A DNA stretch of 64,000 nucleotides, taken from positions 9,672,001-9,736,000 of the forward strand of contig OU015566.1 in assembly GCA_907165135.1 (NCBI GenBank). Reading direction: 5' to 3'. The notes beneath the pieces are model-generated. The model saw nothing but the letters and a program-made list of their open reading frames with translations. It was not told the DNA's origin and searched no databases. The translations under genes were made by a program, and so were the position numbers. Origin of the DNA: Oikopleura dioica (Eukaryota; Animalia; Chordata). Numbering within the stretch: the stretch's first letter is position 1; the number at the start of each line of letters is the position of its first letter. Shown here piece after piece: positions 11,914 to 25,345 of the stretch.

Positions 11914-13396
11914 CAAGTGATCTCATTTCGTCGGGTATTGGCAAAAATGAGGAAGAGAGGTCGGTGGCGCTCCAGCGTGCATTCGCCGCGGGATACGTCG
12001 CGCGACACACGCTTTTTCGCAGCAGCGCCACTCCAGAGACGTTCACGCCTTCGGGCGAATCAACAACGCGCTTATACGGTTAGTTCTTTAATGGAAATCT
12101 TAACGATAATCCGGAGTTTCCTTAGGCAGAAGTCGGATAAATATTATCAATATTTTCAAGGAAACTTTACGTCAAGTAATGGTCTTCCTTTATGATCGAA
12201 TTGATTTGAGGTCTTGATTAAAATATCATCATGCGTAGGTATTGTTTTCCCAAGAAGATGTACGGATGAAAATATGCAAATTCAGAAAAATTGCTATAAT
12301 TGTTTGTAAAATAAATTGTGTATTCCGAAGTTGATGGCAAAATATTCAAAAATAAATACAACCTTGTTTGTTCAATCGAAAGGTGCTGCCATCGTCCTCG
12401 CCAACCTGCTGCAATATGTGGAAGGAAGCTATCGATCTATAGACTATCGAATGCCATTTTTATTACCCTAATGACGGCTAGTAACTCAATACAGAAAATA
12501 AAAATGTACGAAATACCGCAACAAACTGCGCTTAAATTACTATTAAGCGTGAATGATTGAATAAATATAATCGCTGTGCTCGCGAGCTTTCCGTTTTTAT
12601 TTTTGATTGAGCGGACCGCTGCAAATTTTCAAAAATGAGCGGCTAGCATGAAATGGGATTCATCTAGCCACCCGCAACGTGTAATCAGAGGAAAGTAACA
12701 CTATCGTCACCGGAAGTCCAGTAGACTATCGCCATCTGAGCTTTACCGATCTGATGGCTTTTCATTTGCAGAAATTTGGCGCTTTCGCGAAAAATTTCCG
12801 ACTTGAAAAAATAAATTTTTTTAATAGATAAAATATTGAATTAAATTTAATAAAATCAATAAAAAAAGAATAAAATATTAAATAAAAATCTAAATAAATA
12901 AAATTTTCTTTAATAAAAAATTTAAATTGAATGAATTAAAATCTGCTGATTTTCCGAGATTTCATAATTCAAGCTGCTGCCAACATGTTCATCAAAGAGT
13001 TAAATCCTTCTAAAAGATAAATCAGTTTCTAAGATAGCGGCAAAAATCCTCTCTCCCAATATTTTTTAATCCGACTTCGATAAGAGTCACCTGCAACACG
13101 AATTAATAAACAACAAACAGAGCAGAACGTGAGTTGTTTGATTGCCTCTAAACGCAGCTAAAACTAATCATCAATGGAAAGATTCTTAGACTGCTTCATT
13201 TCTTGTTTTAAATCGAGTCTACTCATTGATTCGGGAAAAGCGCGTTTGAAGGGTCTGCCGAGGAGATTTTTTCATAATTCGACACTTGAAAATTAAGGAG
13301 AGAAGTGTTGGACTTGGAAAAACATTTTTCCATGTCAAGAAGCTTCAGATAATTTGGAATAATAATCTTACGAAATCCAATATTCATTCTCATTAA

Positions 13397-13882
13397 CCCG
13401 TTGCCGAGCGCTCCGCTACATTGGCTTGCCGCTCGCGTAGCATCCGAAATGCTACGACTTTAAGCGCATTTTTCTCCTACTTTTACTTTGTTTTTATTCA
13501 AAATTTTTACTTGTGGGTATTCAGTAAAGCCTTTGCTACTAGATTCATACTTTTTCACAAAGTTTCCGAAGAGGTAAAAGACCGAAAATCAAGAAAGAAT
13601 GACGGTTCCGTCAGCGGCGCCATTGTTCAAGTCTAGAGAAAAAGACAATGGCGCGCCGCAAAACAATAGAAAGGAAGCGCCGCGAGGGCTGACTTCACTT
13701 TTTCTTTTCGATTTTCTAGCGGCAAACAACAACATTTTTATGATTTTAAAGCACAAGATCTATTTGAAAAAGGTTGAAATTTTTATAATCAAAAAATTTT
13801 TGAGAATTCTCAATGTTAACTTTTCGTTATGAAGCATTGAAAGCGCGCGTAGCATCCTGAATGCTACGCGCTCGGCAACGGG
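13397..13882. mobile_element. piggyBac-like MITE (486 bp)
   Basis: TTAA at both flanks (13393-13396, 13883-13886). 15-bp perfect TIR CCCGTTGCCGAGCGC. Subterminal CGTAGCA..TGCTACG hairpins near both ends. Confidence 0.85.
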
Positions 13883-14713
13883 TTAAAAATATTCGGCTTC
13901 ATATTAGCTGTGGTCACGTGAGCGAAAATACATAGCACCTTGCTGTCCCACTTTCATGATGAAAGTTTCATCCTTGCCTTGACCTTGACCAAATTCATCA
14001 GTCCGGGATAGTGTAGCTTCAAAATGACATCATTTCGTGCCTTCATTCCACAGCTGTGACGCGCTAGAAACTCGTGGAACTCATCTTATCGTGCAATTTT
14101 TCAAATCGACCGGGGCTGAGTGACGTGACAGAATCGTGAACTTTTGTTCGCTCGTGACATTTTTTTTCATGCCAGAGTCACATTTACTGAAACTAATTGG
14201 AATTAACAATAACTTATTGTCAATAAGCATGACTGTATTTTAGATTTTTTACTAAAAATTTAATTTGAGAAAAGATTTTTATACAGTAAAATTGAAAAAA
14301 AAATCATGTGCGAAAATTCTAAAAGCATCTAAAGCGAGTCCTTAAGTTCTTTTCTAAGAATGAACTTTTTATTTTCGACCGTCTTCTCGAAACTCATAAA
14401 AATAAATCAATCTGACGGCCCCTATGTTTACGCTATTAAGTCGTTATCGACTGTTTTTAATAAAATCTTCATAAGCCTCTTCTAAAAATCTTGAATCATG
14501 ATTACTCTCCGCGGCGCTGTGGAGCGGCGCCATGCTGATGAATCGGTCAAAATGTCCTGCTGAGCTTTATCACTAGAATTTAGTTGTCCGAGGAAAACGT
14601 CACGTCAATCAATCCTCAAGACATTTTTTATACACGCATTTTTATTTTTAGCAAGTAGAGCAGATATTCGATGGAAAACAACTGAAATCAAGGAAGAGAA
14701 ATTTTAATTAAAA

Positions 14714-17700
14714 ATGAAGACTCATACTTTTTTATTTTATGTGCTTATAGCAAATTCACGTAAGTTTGAACCTGAGTGACTGTTTCCCCCATTTTGTCAG
14801 ACGGAAGAATTTTGTCATGGAAAATATCTTTACGATAATATTAAGTAATATTGGCGCAAAAACCGAAAAAAGCGAAGAAGGAAGTAAATGAAAGACTTCT
14901 TCGAAAATGGGCGAAAGCAAAGGCTGCTCGCCAAGCTACAGGAGCTTCAACTACAGCTACAACGATGTCGGACTCTAGTTCAACGGAAAACAATCAAACG
15001 AGTACAGCCGCAGCATCAACAACAGCAACAACGACATCGACAATGACGACAAGAATAACAACTGAAAGAGCTCAAACAACAATAAAACCAACGACAACAG
15101 AAAGAGCATCAACGACATCATACCAAAGAGTTGTCAGAAAATCGACCGCAGCGGCTCAAACATTGAATGGTATAATAATGTCCCGATTCAACAACCCCAT
15201 CGCCAAATATCTCCAAAAGCACCTTCGTCAAACCGGCACTGTGACCCCTCAAACCACCCTAAGTCCTCCCAAAACACAAATTTTAACAGCTGAGTACGAC
15301 GGATTCCCACCCGTCTTTCTCAAATCCTCTTCAACCCCTAGTTTTCATTCCGTTGACATTTCCTCGCTCGACATGAGCGCCTATCCACCTCAGAAAGTCC
15401 TCTTTTCCGAGAAAAACTCGACCAACAAATTCGAAATCAAGCTTTGGGATACCATTCCTTTCAATACGGAACGCGAAGTCCCAGATGGTAAAAAAACATA
15501 AATGTTCTTCTAACTGTCCAGTAATCAGCTTCGGAGCGGCGGAAAATGAGCCGGAAAATCGGACATAGACCCTAACGTGTGTTCCGCGTCTTTTTCTAAT
15601 GCTCATCTGATTACTGATGAATCGTAATTTTTAATAATTGAATGTTTGGTGAATCTTCTTACACGTCTATTATCTAAATCAGGGTTCCAATTTTGGCCGA
15701 AAAAATTTTGGAGTGGAGTGGAGAGATGAGTGGATAGCCCAAAAAATTTTTTGAGCGGAGTGGAGCGGTGAGTGGATGCCCCAAAAAAATGGTTGAGCGA
15801 GTGGAGTGGGTGAGCGGAGTGGATTTTGAGTGGATTTTGAGCGGATTTTTAGGGAAGTTTGAGCGATTAAAAAAAATTTTTAAATCGCTGGGGGGTGAAA
15901 GGTAGAGAAAGAGGTGGCGTAAAGAAGAGAGGTTGAAAAAGGTCGGGCCCCCACGAGCAGACAGAAACCGAAGTCTTCTTTGCACGCCGTGAGCAAGCCT
16001 TTCATTTTTCTGATCATCAAACTTTTATGAAGAAGTTGGTCCTAAATTGAAGGTTGATCCTGATATTATATCATTGATTTCTTCTCTTGATTATCTCCTG
16101 AGAGAATTCGATTCAAATAGACAAAACTCGGTCTCCAATCAGAATACGAGAAAAGGGGCGCTAAAGACAAAAATCCACTCCATCCGCTCAAAATCCACTC
16201 CATCCACTCAAAATCCACTCCAAAGTAGATTTTACAGGTTGGAGTGGAGTGGAGCGAATGAGTGGATACTAAAAATATAGGCTGAGCGAGTGGAGTGGAG
16301 TGGATCCACTCCGCTCACGCTCCACTCCACTCCGCTCAAAATCCACTCCATCGCTCAGCAAAATTGGAACCCTGATCTAAATAAGGCCTGTCTCACAAGC
16401 TGTCTCATAAAAAATAACAGCTCCTTATTGTTATTTAGAAGAGACGATTACATCTTGACATGGGAGTATTGAGTGATAATAATATTCCTCAAGACGTGTA
16501 ATAATCTAAACTTATTTTGTCCAATTTTGAGATCGATGTTTTACTTTGAAAACTGAAGCTTTTACGCTGAGTTTTCAAGTCTTAATGTCAATGGGTCCGG
16601 GAATAAAAGCTTTATTTAGATGGATTGGTTTGCTACGCTTGCCAGAATGCCCTAACTCATGAAGAATGCAATGTGAATAAGATCAAATGTAACACAAGCC
16701 AAAAGGAACGGTGTCTCTATTTTCATACCATAATTGGTAACGCAAATGTTTTTAAAAAACAATAAATCTTGTCCTAAATTGGAATTATAAGCCGCATAAT
16801 AACAGACTCGTAGCTGATTTTGTTTTGGTAAATTTATTCAGGAGGAGAACTGAATTAATTTATGATAAATAGATCTAGGGAGCTCATATGATAATAATAC
16901 TCAATTTGTATTGTTTTATTCTTAAGTTATTATCAATCATACCTCCTTCGGAGTACCGTCGACAAAGTTTTCTGTAATGTAATCACTAATGTCTGTCAAT
17001 CGGACATCTTCCTACGTCATCATGTGAACCGCACACTTTTTGCACCCTTGAAAGGCTTCATGCATGATTGAGATTCGAAGTGGTGGCCCTGGACAACCCG
17101 ATTTGATCAGCAAAGGATGCAAACAGGTACCTTTTGATTAAAAGTCTTCTCGTGAACGAGCTCTTGAAGCCACGTTATTCAAGCTGCGTTCATCTAAAAT
17201 TTTAAAGTTTATATAAGAGTCCTTCTAAATCTCGATCATTTTCAGGTGGTCGCATGCATCAATAATAACAAGAATCCAAACAGCCACAATTGCTGCTGTG
17301 AGGGACGGGTTTTAAACAAAATATGAACAGATAAAACGTGAAAAACGTAACTCAATAATAATACTACCACCATCTTGCATAACTACGAAATTAACCCGCC
17401 AAAGACAAACGAATGCAATCGTAACGGCACGACATGCGCCAATTCCAATCTCAGTCCGATCACGCTGAAAAATGGCCGAACAGTGACCCCAAGGTTCAAA
17501 TCTTTTGCGTCGAAGACCGCGGCGAAGTGGGGTCCTTGGTTAAATTGGTCAGGATGTTCTCAATTGTGCGGGGGAGGAATCAGAAGACGGCGACGAATGG
17601 GTTACGGCCCTGGTGCAAACTTCGAAGTAAGTGAGAAAAAAATCTCGGCAGATCGGACACTTATTCAGTTATCTAATTATACGAACTCAGAAGCATATTT

Positions 17701-20700
17701 CTCACGCGTGAAATTAACCGACTTTTAAATAGCCAGAGTAGGCCTTCTCTCTGACTCGTGCTTGTCCTCAGAATATGCTAATTTTTCTTAATGGTTTGAA
17801 TTGATCACTTGGTTATTAACCCATTTTTCAGGAAGAAGTATGTAACGACACACCATGCAAAGATGGCGAGGACCCTCACGATATCATGGCATCCCTGCAA
17901 AACAAAGTCCTTAACTTTTTACGTTCCGACGCTGGCGGCAGAAATGTCCGACAATGGGAAACATGGGAAAGTTGGGGTCCATGTGGCACAAAATGTGGCC
18001 GAGCATTCCGAGAACGAACCCGGACTTGCCCAGAAGAAGACGCCTGTCCCGGAAGCGACTCACAGCGGGTCGCTTGTACTGCCATCTGGGGATGCAACAA
18101 TAACAATAGAATAAGCAAACTCAAAGAGCTCCAATCTCAATTTTCTCCTTGGACGTCGTGGCTTCCATGCTCGAAATCATGCGGAATCGGAACCGAAACG
18201 CGAACAAGAACATGCATTGCTGCGAGATGCAATGGATTCTTGGAGCAAACGCGAAATTGTAACTCACAACCTTGTCAAGGCCCTCAAGTCCATCTTAAAA
18301 CCGTCGCGGGAGAGTGGAGCACATGGAATGCCTGGAGCGAATGCTCTGTTTCCTGCAATGGCGGTAGCCACACTCGAACACGAAAATGCATAGGCGGTGA
18401 GTGCGTGGGAGAGTCGACCGAAGAATTGCCTTGTGGAGAAGAGCCGTGTGCTCGATGGAGCGAGTGGTCAAGTTGGACAGATTGCTCAAAAGACTGCGAT
18501 GGAGGATTTACTAAAAGAGAACGTCTGTGTTCAGGAGAAGGTAGCTGCGAAGGAACAGATGTAAGCGAGAAGTCATGCAATACTCACTCTTGTCCAGTGC
18601 TTGAAAATTGGTCGGAATGGTCTGAGTGCTCTCAGCTAGGGATTCTGAATAATCATATCTATAGTTTTGAATATTTCAATATTTTATGATTTAATATCAT
18701 TATATTTGATGATATATTGGTATTTTTTTAGCTAATATGGGATTATACTTAGATTAGATAATCGAATAAATTATAAATCCAACGCTCAGTCTTGTGGCTC
18801 TGGTGGAAGTTCATCGCGCAAAAGATCGTGTTCTTCCGGAGAAGAAGATGACTGCACTGGTAGTTTTTCGGAAACAAAGAATTGTAACCTCGGTCCATGC
18901 GCTCATTACTCGCCGTGGTCCGTTTGGTCTGAGTGCGACTCCCTTTGCGGTGGTGGAATCACGAAGCAGGCTCGAACGTGTGTCGGCATTGGCGCGTGTG
19001 AAGGACCTGATATAAAAGAGCAAAGTTGTAATGAAGATCCTTGCTTGGGCTGGGCCAGTTGGTCTAGTTGGACGAGTTGCTCGGAGCCATGCGGTGTGGA
19101 AGGAACAAGAGATAGGCAAAGAGAATGTGAAGGACAGGAGTTTAAATAACTACTTGTGTAGAGAGAATAATTATTTTTATTGTTTTTTACGTGTTTGGTC
19201 CATTTATTAAAAGCATGAAATAATTTTGTAAGAAATTGACCTAACTAGGTATAGCGTCAGCATATGGCGAGGATATATATTTCGAACTCAAATAAGGATT
19301 ACCGGAGCTCTGTAAAGGAGAATCATCGGAAAACGAAAGCTGCTTTGTCGGCACTTGTGCTGAATGGTCAGACTGGCTCGATTGGGGCTCATGTTCTTCA
19401 CTTTGCGACGGCGGTAAAAGAGAACGGTCTCGCATCTGCACTGGTATCGGGGAGTGCGAAGGAAGCGCAACCAACACTGACGACTGCAACATTGAACGCT
19501 GCGCAATTTGGTCAGAGTGGAGCGATTACGGACCTTGCTCAACTACGTGCGGCATCGGAGAACGAGTTCGGGAGCGTTCATGTGATGGAATCGGTAGCTG
19601 CTCTGGCAATGATACTCAAATCAGTGACTGCTCTTACGGCGAGTGTGCTGACTGGTCGGAATGGGCCGCTTGGACAGAATGTTCAAAATCATGTGGAGAT
19701 GGACTCAAGTCTCGATCGAGAGATTGTTTTGGTCTCGGAGATTGCAAAGGCAATAATCAGGATACAGAAGTGTGCAATATGGGACGATGTGCATTTTGGG
19801 CTGATTGGCAAGAGTGGGGACAATGTTCTCAAGAATGTGACATAGGAAAACGAGCAAGAATCAGATCATGTGACGGAATCGGCGAGTGCCATGGAGAAGC
19901 ATCCGAAAATGAAAACTGCAATACTGGTCCATGCGCATATTGGGACCATTGGGGCTCTTGGAGTGCTTGTAGTGCGTCTTGTGGAGACGGTCTTCGGCAA
20001 CGAAAGAGAGACTGCTTAGGCGTTGGAGAATGTGAAGGATCTACGTCTGACTTGGAGGCTTGTGACATTGGCGCGTGCGCAGATTGGGCGGAATGGAACA
20101 CGTGGGGAAGATGTTCAGCTTCCTGCGGTGGTGGACAAAGAGTGCGGGAAAGAAATTGTATTGGACTTGGAGAATGCAAGACTGGAGATCAACGACAACA
20201 AGGAATTTGCTCAATTCAGGAACGGTTTTGAAACGTTCGCATCTAAAACTACTATGAATTATTTAAACTATAAATTATTTCCATGAAGTACGTCAAATTG
20301 AAAGAGGTCAATTAATTTAAAATGTCTAGCCATAAGATTTATTTTCCCTCAAACCATCATGAAAGTCATGCGAAGTTTATGGGTTGTGGGCTGAATGGAG
20401 TGCTTGCAGCGCGTCATGTTCGACTCCGGACACCTTTGCCACACAGTCTCGCTTACGTCCATGTCTAGTGGAAGATAAGTGTCTTCCACAAGAACTTCTG
20501 GAATCGCAAAAGTGTCCAGGGAGTCCTCCTTGTCCCACCTGGTCGATTTGGTCTGACTGGTCTCAGTGCTCAGAAACATGCGGAATCGGACAGCGCAGCA
20601 AGGCCCGGGAGTGTCTCTATGGCGACGATTGTGAAGGAGATATCGCTGAGTCGGAATCGTGCTCGGACGGAGACTGTCCTACTTGGACAGATTGGCTAGA

Positions 20701-23700
20701 ATGGAGTGCCTGCTCAGAAACTTGCGGCGAAGGCTCGAGATTCAGGAATAGAATCTGTCAATTTGGACACGAAGAAGACTGTGACGGAAACTCTGTAGGA
20801 TCAGAATCTTGCAACGTCAGAGAATGTCCTATATGGTCAGACTGGGAAACATGGACAAAATGCTCAAAATCTTGTGGTAAGGGACAAAAGCTTCGGCAGC
20901 GAGTTTGCATAAATGGAGAAGCCGGAGAAGATTGCCTCGGATCAGGTTTCGAAGAACTTGAGTGCAGTACTGAAAAATGTCCTTTCTGGGTTGACTGGAT
21001 GCCGTGGTCTGAATGTTCGAGCTCTTGCGGAACAGGAATCAAAGCGAGAAAACGCCGCTGCCGTGGTGGTCGCCCGGAAGAGTGTGGAGGAAATAATGAC
21101 GAAGAGATTCCATGTAACACGAGAAAATGCCCTGAATGGACGACATGGGAGGAGTGGAATAGTTGCAGTGCATCATGTGGTGGTGGAAATCGACAACGAA
21201 GGAGAAAATGTCAGTTTGGAGCTGACTGTGAAGGTTCTGCCATGGAAACTGAAGCTTGTAATCCAGATCAGTGCCCATATTTCGAAGAATGGTCAGAATG
21301 GACGAAATGTTCTGCTTCCTGCGGGTCAGGGAACAGGTCTCGCTCGAGAGATTGTGTGGGAGAACTTTGCAGCGGAGAAAAAGAACAAACAGAAAAATGC
21401 ATGGAAACCAAATGCCCATCTTGGTCGACTTGGCTTGATTGGTCGAACTGCGGTGCTAGCTGCGGAAATTCTACTCAAACAAGAGAGCGTAACTGCTTGT
21501 ATTCAACCTCTTCGAAATCATGCGAAGGAACATCATCCGAGTCTCAAGACTGCATTATCGCTCCTTGTCCTTATTGGGCCAAATGGGCAGAATGGACCCC
21601 TTGCACCGTTTCCTGCGGAGGCGGAAGGCGTCGTCAATCCCGCGGATGCATGCACGGTCCTGGATGTGAAGGAGGTTCTAGTAACGCTTTCAAAATTGAG
21701 CTTTGCAACACAGACTCTTGTTCGAACTGGTCAGAATGGTCAGAGTTTGATTCTTGCTCTGCTTCATGTGGTGGTGGAATTCAGAAACGCTACCGATCCT
21801 GCGAGGGTGGCGATGATTGTGAGGGAAAATCAATGGAGACCAACTCTTGCAACCAAGTTCCTTGTCCGAAATGGTCTGAATATTCTGATTGGTCTCCTTG
21901 CTCGTCTTCTTGCGGCGAAGGAATAAAGTCTAAGAAAAGATCGTGTGAAAACGGCGATGATTGTGAAGGCGAAAGCACAATAAGCGCCGACTGTAATCTT
22001 GGCCCGTGTGGGCAATGGTCGGAGTATGGAAGTTTTGGTGAGTGCTCGAAATCATGCGGCGGAGGGCTGAAATCAAAGACAAGAACTTGCATCGGCGGTG
22101 ATGACTGCGAAGGAAAAAGTGAAATAACAGAAAAATGCAATAGAAACGCTTGCCCGTTTTGGTCAGACTGGAGCGAACCGAGTCCCTGTAGTGCTACATG
22201 TGGTGGCGGAGAGAGCACGCGTAAACGATGGTGCAAAAATGGACTAACAAAGGCTGACTGCAACGGTCCGAGCGAAGAAATCACAAATTGTGGGACAAAC
22301 GCCTGTCCAACCTGGGGAGATTGGTCAGCGCCTGGTGAGTGCTCAGTCACTTGTGGTGGAGGATTTGCTTCACAGGATTGTTTGGCCAAATTGAAATTTT
22401 AGTTATAATAATGACTTTCACTTAATAAAAATATACTTTCCTTAGAAATGTTTTTCAAACATAATCGAGTCACGTCAATGTAATGGCGGTATCGCCGGAG
22501 TAGACTGCATCGGCGAATTGTCAAACGTCGTTAATTGCGCGGATATACCGTGTCCGACATGGTCTAATTGGGGAGACTTTGGCTCATGTTCATCTTCATG
22601 CGGCGGCGGTATGCGCTCAAGATCACGTACCTGTGAAAACGAAACATCCACTGGCAAGTGCACGACTGGAGAAGCAACAGAGGAGAGCGACTGCAATACA
22701 AGTCCGTGTCCTAGAGTAGGAGAATGGTCGGATTGGTCAGAATGCTCGGCAACTTGTGGCGGTGGCGAGCAAAATCGAGCTCGGTCATGCATGTTCGGTA
22801 GTAGCTGTACTGGAGACAAGTTAGAAACGCGAAAATGCAACAAAAACCGCTGCCCAGAATGGTCTGAATGGGCTGGTTTTGGAATTTGCTCTGCGACATG
22901 CGGCGGCGGAAAAACTTTCCGCTCACGAAGTTGCCAGTTTGGAGATACTTGTCCTGGAAAGAGTTCTGAGACTGTATCTTGCGCAGACGATCCTTGCCCT
23001 TCCTGGAGCGAGTGGTCTGACTATTCTGAGTGTTCGGTGTCATGTGGTGCGGGCGAACAGCAAAGATCAAGATCATGTCAGAATGGATACTCCTGTATGG
23101 GATCAGCAAACGATTCTAGAGAGTGCAAGCGAGGTCCATGTCCTGAATGGGAAGCTTGGACAAAGTTCTCAGCCTGTTCAAAATCATGTGGCGGTGGAAT
23201 CTCGACAAGAACCAGAAAATGCGCAGACGGGGTGGAAGGAGTCGATTGCTTAGGAGAAGCAGAAGAGCAAGTCGAATGCAATACAGAGCCATGTGCTGAA
23301 TGGACAAAATGGACAGAGTACTCCTCCTGTAGTGTCTCATGCGGTGGCGGCATCAAAACATCCACGCGAAAGTGTAGTGGTGGCGATTCCTGCGAAGGGA
23401 GAAGTGAGCGCAGCCTGCCTTGTGGAAGCCAGGATTGCCCAACTTGGTCGAGCTGGACTACATATGGAGAATGCTCCGTCACATGCGGCAAAGGAGAGAA
23501 ATCAAGAGGGAGAACTTGCAAAAACGGGGATGATTGCCCTGGTCCGAAAATTGAAACGGCTTTTTGTGAGCTTGCTCAATGCGGGCCAGTTTATACCGAG
23601 TGGTCTGCCTGGACAAAGCTCGGTGATATTTCATTTTATAAACTTTTTGAGCTTATTTGTCTTTTTGTAAATTTCTCACCGCATAACAGTGTTCTCAAAC

Positions 23701-24950
23701 ATGTGATTCTGGTTTCAAATCTCGTTCAAGGGCATGCAAAAGTGGAAAGTGTAAGGGTCTACTTTCGGAGAAGGTTGAATGCTCTGAAAGTGTCTGTTCT
23801 CGGTGGGATGATTGGGAAGCTTGGAGCACGTGTACGGCCACTTGTGGCGGTGGAATGCATTACAGACAGCGTCAATGTATCGGCGGAGGTTGCCAAGGAA
23901 TGCCCATGGCCTACGAGCCATGTAATACAGACGCGTGTGATGCTGGTTGCGCTGGACCAAGGTTCTTTATTCGTGAAATTGAAATCAAAATTGCTTAGTG
24001 AGCGTTTTCTTATAATCAAAATTTTAGGGATGTTCTTTTTGTCGCTCATTACACCACCTACATGGGGTCGACCTTTGGTGACATTTCCTCCTTCTTCGAA
24101 AACATCATCAGCACAATCAACGTGGAACCATCATCATCATCCATTCGATTCGCATTTTCTTTTTATAATCACGCGTATGTCGAATTCTTTGCCTTTGACT
24201 GGCTCAAGAGCATTGACGAGTATCGATGGGCCTTTTCGTCATTTCCACCGGCAACCGGAAACTCTAACTATATCGGAAAGGCTCTCAAGGGAGCAACTGA
24301 CACGATGACTCCAGCCTTCGAAAAGGGCCGAAGACTGGATACTGTAGGGACCGTTGTGCTTTTGACCAACGCTGTCAGGTAGGCGATCTCTTTTGGTTCA
24401 AAAAATTAACCCTTACCAGTAACGATGAAGTCGATGATATGGCCTCCCAACTCAAGGAAAAAGTCGATCGGGTCATCGTGGTTGGCTTAGGATACGCTTA
24501 CGGTCGCGATGAGCTGACCGGAATCGCATCAATCCGATCGAAGAAAATCTCTATACAGCAGAAGAATCCTCCGACCTCGCAGGGCTTGTAGAAACCATCG
24601 CGGAAGAAATCTGTGCAACGGAAATCTCAGACCAAAGTTCTTGTAGAAAAGCAGGATGCGAGCAAGAATGCCGATCAGAGTATTCTGGGGCAACTTGTTG
24701 GTGCTCAAAGGGCATTTTGAATGAGGATGGAAGATCCTGTCTAGGTTTGATTTTTACCCAGAAATTGTTTCTTGATATTTATACTCTCTTCGTAGCTGGA
24801 TGCATCGATGCTGATGCAAACACGATTCGAACTCCTGGGGAAACTTGGGAAGTCGAGGGAATGTTTGGCATGACCTGTACCTGTCTAGAATCCGGCGATA
24901 CGGACTGCACCTTCGGCGCCTACGATTTCTACAACTACGGTGGTTGGTAA
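14714..24950 (+). CDS. Large secreted modular protein: signal peptide, Thr/Ser mucin-like region, Ly6/uPAR (LU) domain, ~37 TSP type-1 repeats, VWA, EGF-like, short Cys-rich C-terminus
   Basis: WSxWSxCSxxCGGG..R.R.C repeats counted by hand (~37). LU Cys pattern LVCYAC...CCCETNECN after splicing. VWA exon 24028-24378 and EGF CRKAGCEQECR..CWCSKG..DGRSC. The link of the 14714-15487 exons to the LU exon is inferred from phase-1 compatibility. A 1-nt frameshift lies near 24531. Confidence 0.8.
15680..16374. mobile_element. hAT-type MITE (695 bp) with GAGTG/CACTC subterminal repeats
   Basis: TIR CAGGGTTCCAATTTTG at both ends. Perfect 8-bp TSD ATCTAAAT (15672-15679, 16375-16382). Confidence 0.93.
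16706..17054 (+). other. Non-canonical GA-AG intron with short stem (LU domain)
   Basis: aag|GAAC-GGTG(T)...(G)CACC-cttgAAAG|gct; restores LU Cys spacing. Confidence 0.6.
17303..17404 (+). other. Non-canonical GG-AG intron with stem
   Basis: gag|GGAC-GGGTT...AACCC-gccAAAG|aca; yields the LU end CCCETNECN. Confidence 0.75.
18636..18789 (+). other. Apparent CT-AG intron with stem
   Basis: cag|CTAG-GGATT...AATCC-aacgctCAG|tct; yields the TSP1 motif CSQSCG. Confidence 0.6.
19133..19296 (+). other. Non-canonical GA-AG intron with stem
   Basis: gaa g|GACAG-GAGTTTAAATA...TATTTCGAACTC-aaatAAG|ga; the only phase that keeps the TSP1 frame. Confidence 0.7.
20220..20365 (+). other. Non-canonical GA-AG intron with stem
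   Basis: cag|GAAC-GGTTTTGA...TCAAACC-atcatgAAAG|tca. Confidence 0.75.
22376..22469 (+). other. Non-canonical GA-AG intron with stem
   Basis: cag|GATT-GTTTG...CAAAC-ataatcGAG|tca; the outer GATT/AATC also pair. Yields CGGGFASQSRQC. Confidence 0.7.
23619..23689 (+). other. Apparent CT-AG intron with stem
   Basis: aag|CT-CGGTGA...TCACCG-cataaCAG|tgt; yields WSAWTKCSQTC. Confidence 0.6.
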
Positions 24951-25345
24951 AACAGAACTTGCGGTTCAAATCTGTAAATACGAAATTTCAAGATTTTCAA
25001 TAATGAAACGAATTTGTATCTTTATCTACTTTTACTGTTGAAAAATGAAACATTACTTTTTATATCTGTATATATGCTCGAAGACACAATAAATCGAAAT
25101 TATCTGTCATCAATCGCAGCTTCATCATGGTATGATAAACCATGATTTAATGATCTTCTTTCAGCGTCGGGAATCCCGACTCGGGATGCTTATCAATACT
25201 TTATAAGTTAGAACGAAAACTCATTAATCATAATTATCATCATAATGATACACAATTTGTGATTGTTGCTTTATTGAAAATAAACTTTTCTCAGTTTTCA
25301 GTGACAGTTTTTCAATAGTATGTATTATTCTTAAAGATTTTCGAG

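Noticed and set aside
18284-23521. Long minus-strand and alternate-frame ORFs (e.g. 21790-22389, 20913-21926, 19264-19845)
   Set aside because: Shadows of the repetitive TSP1 coding frame.
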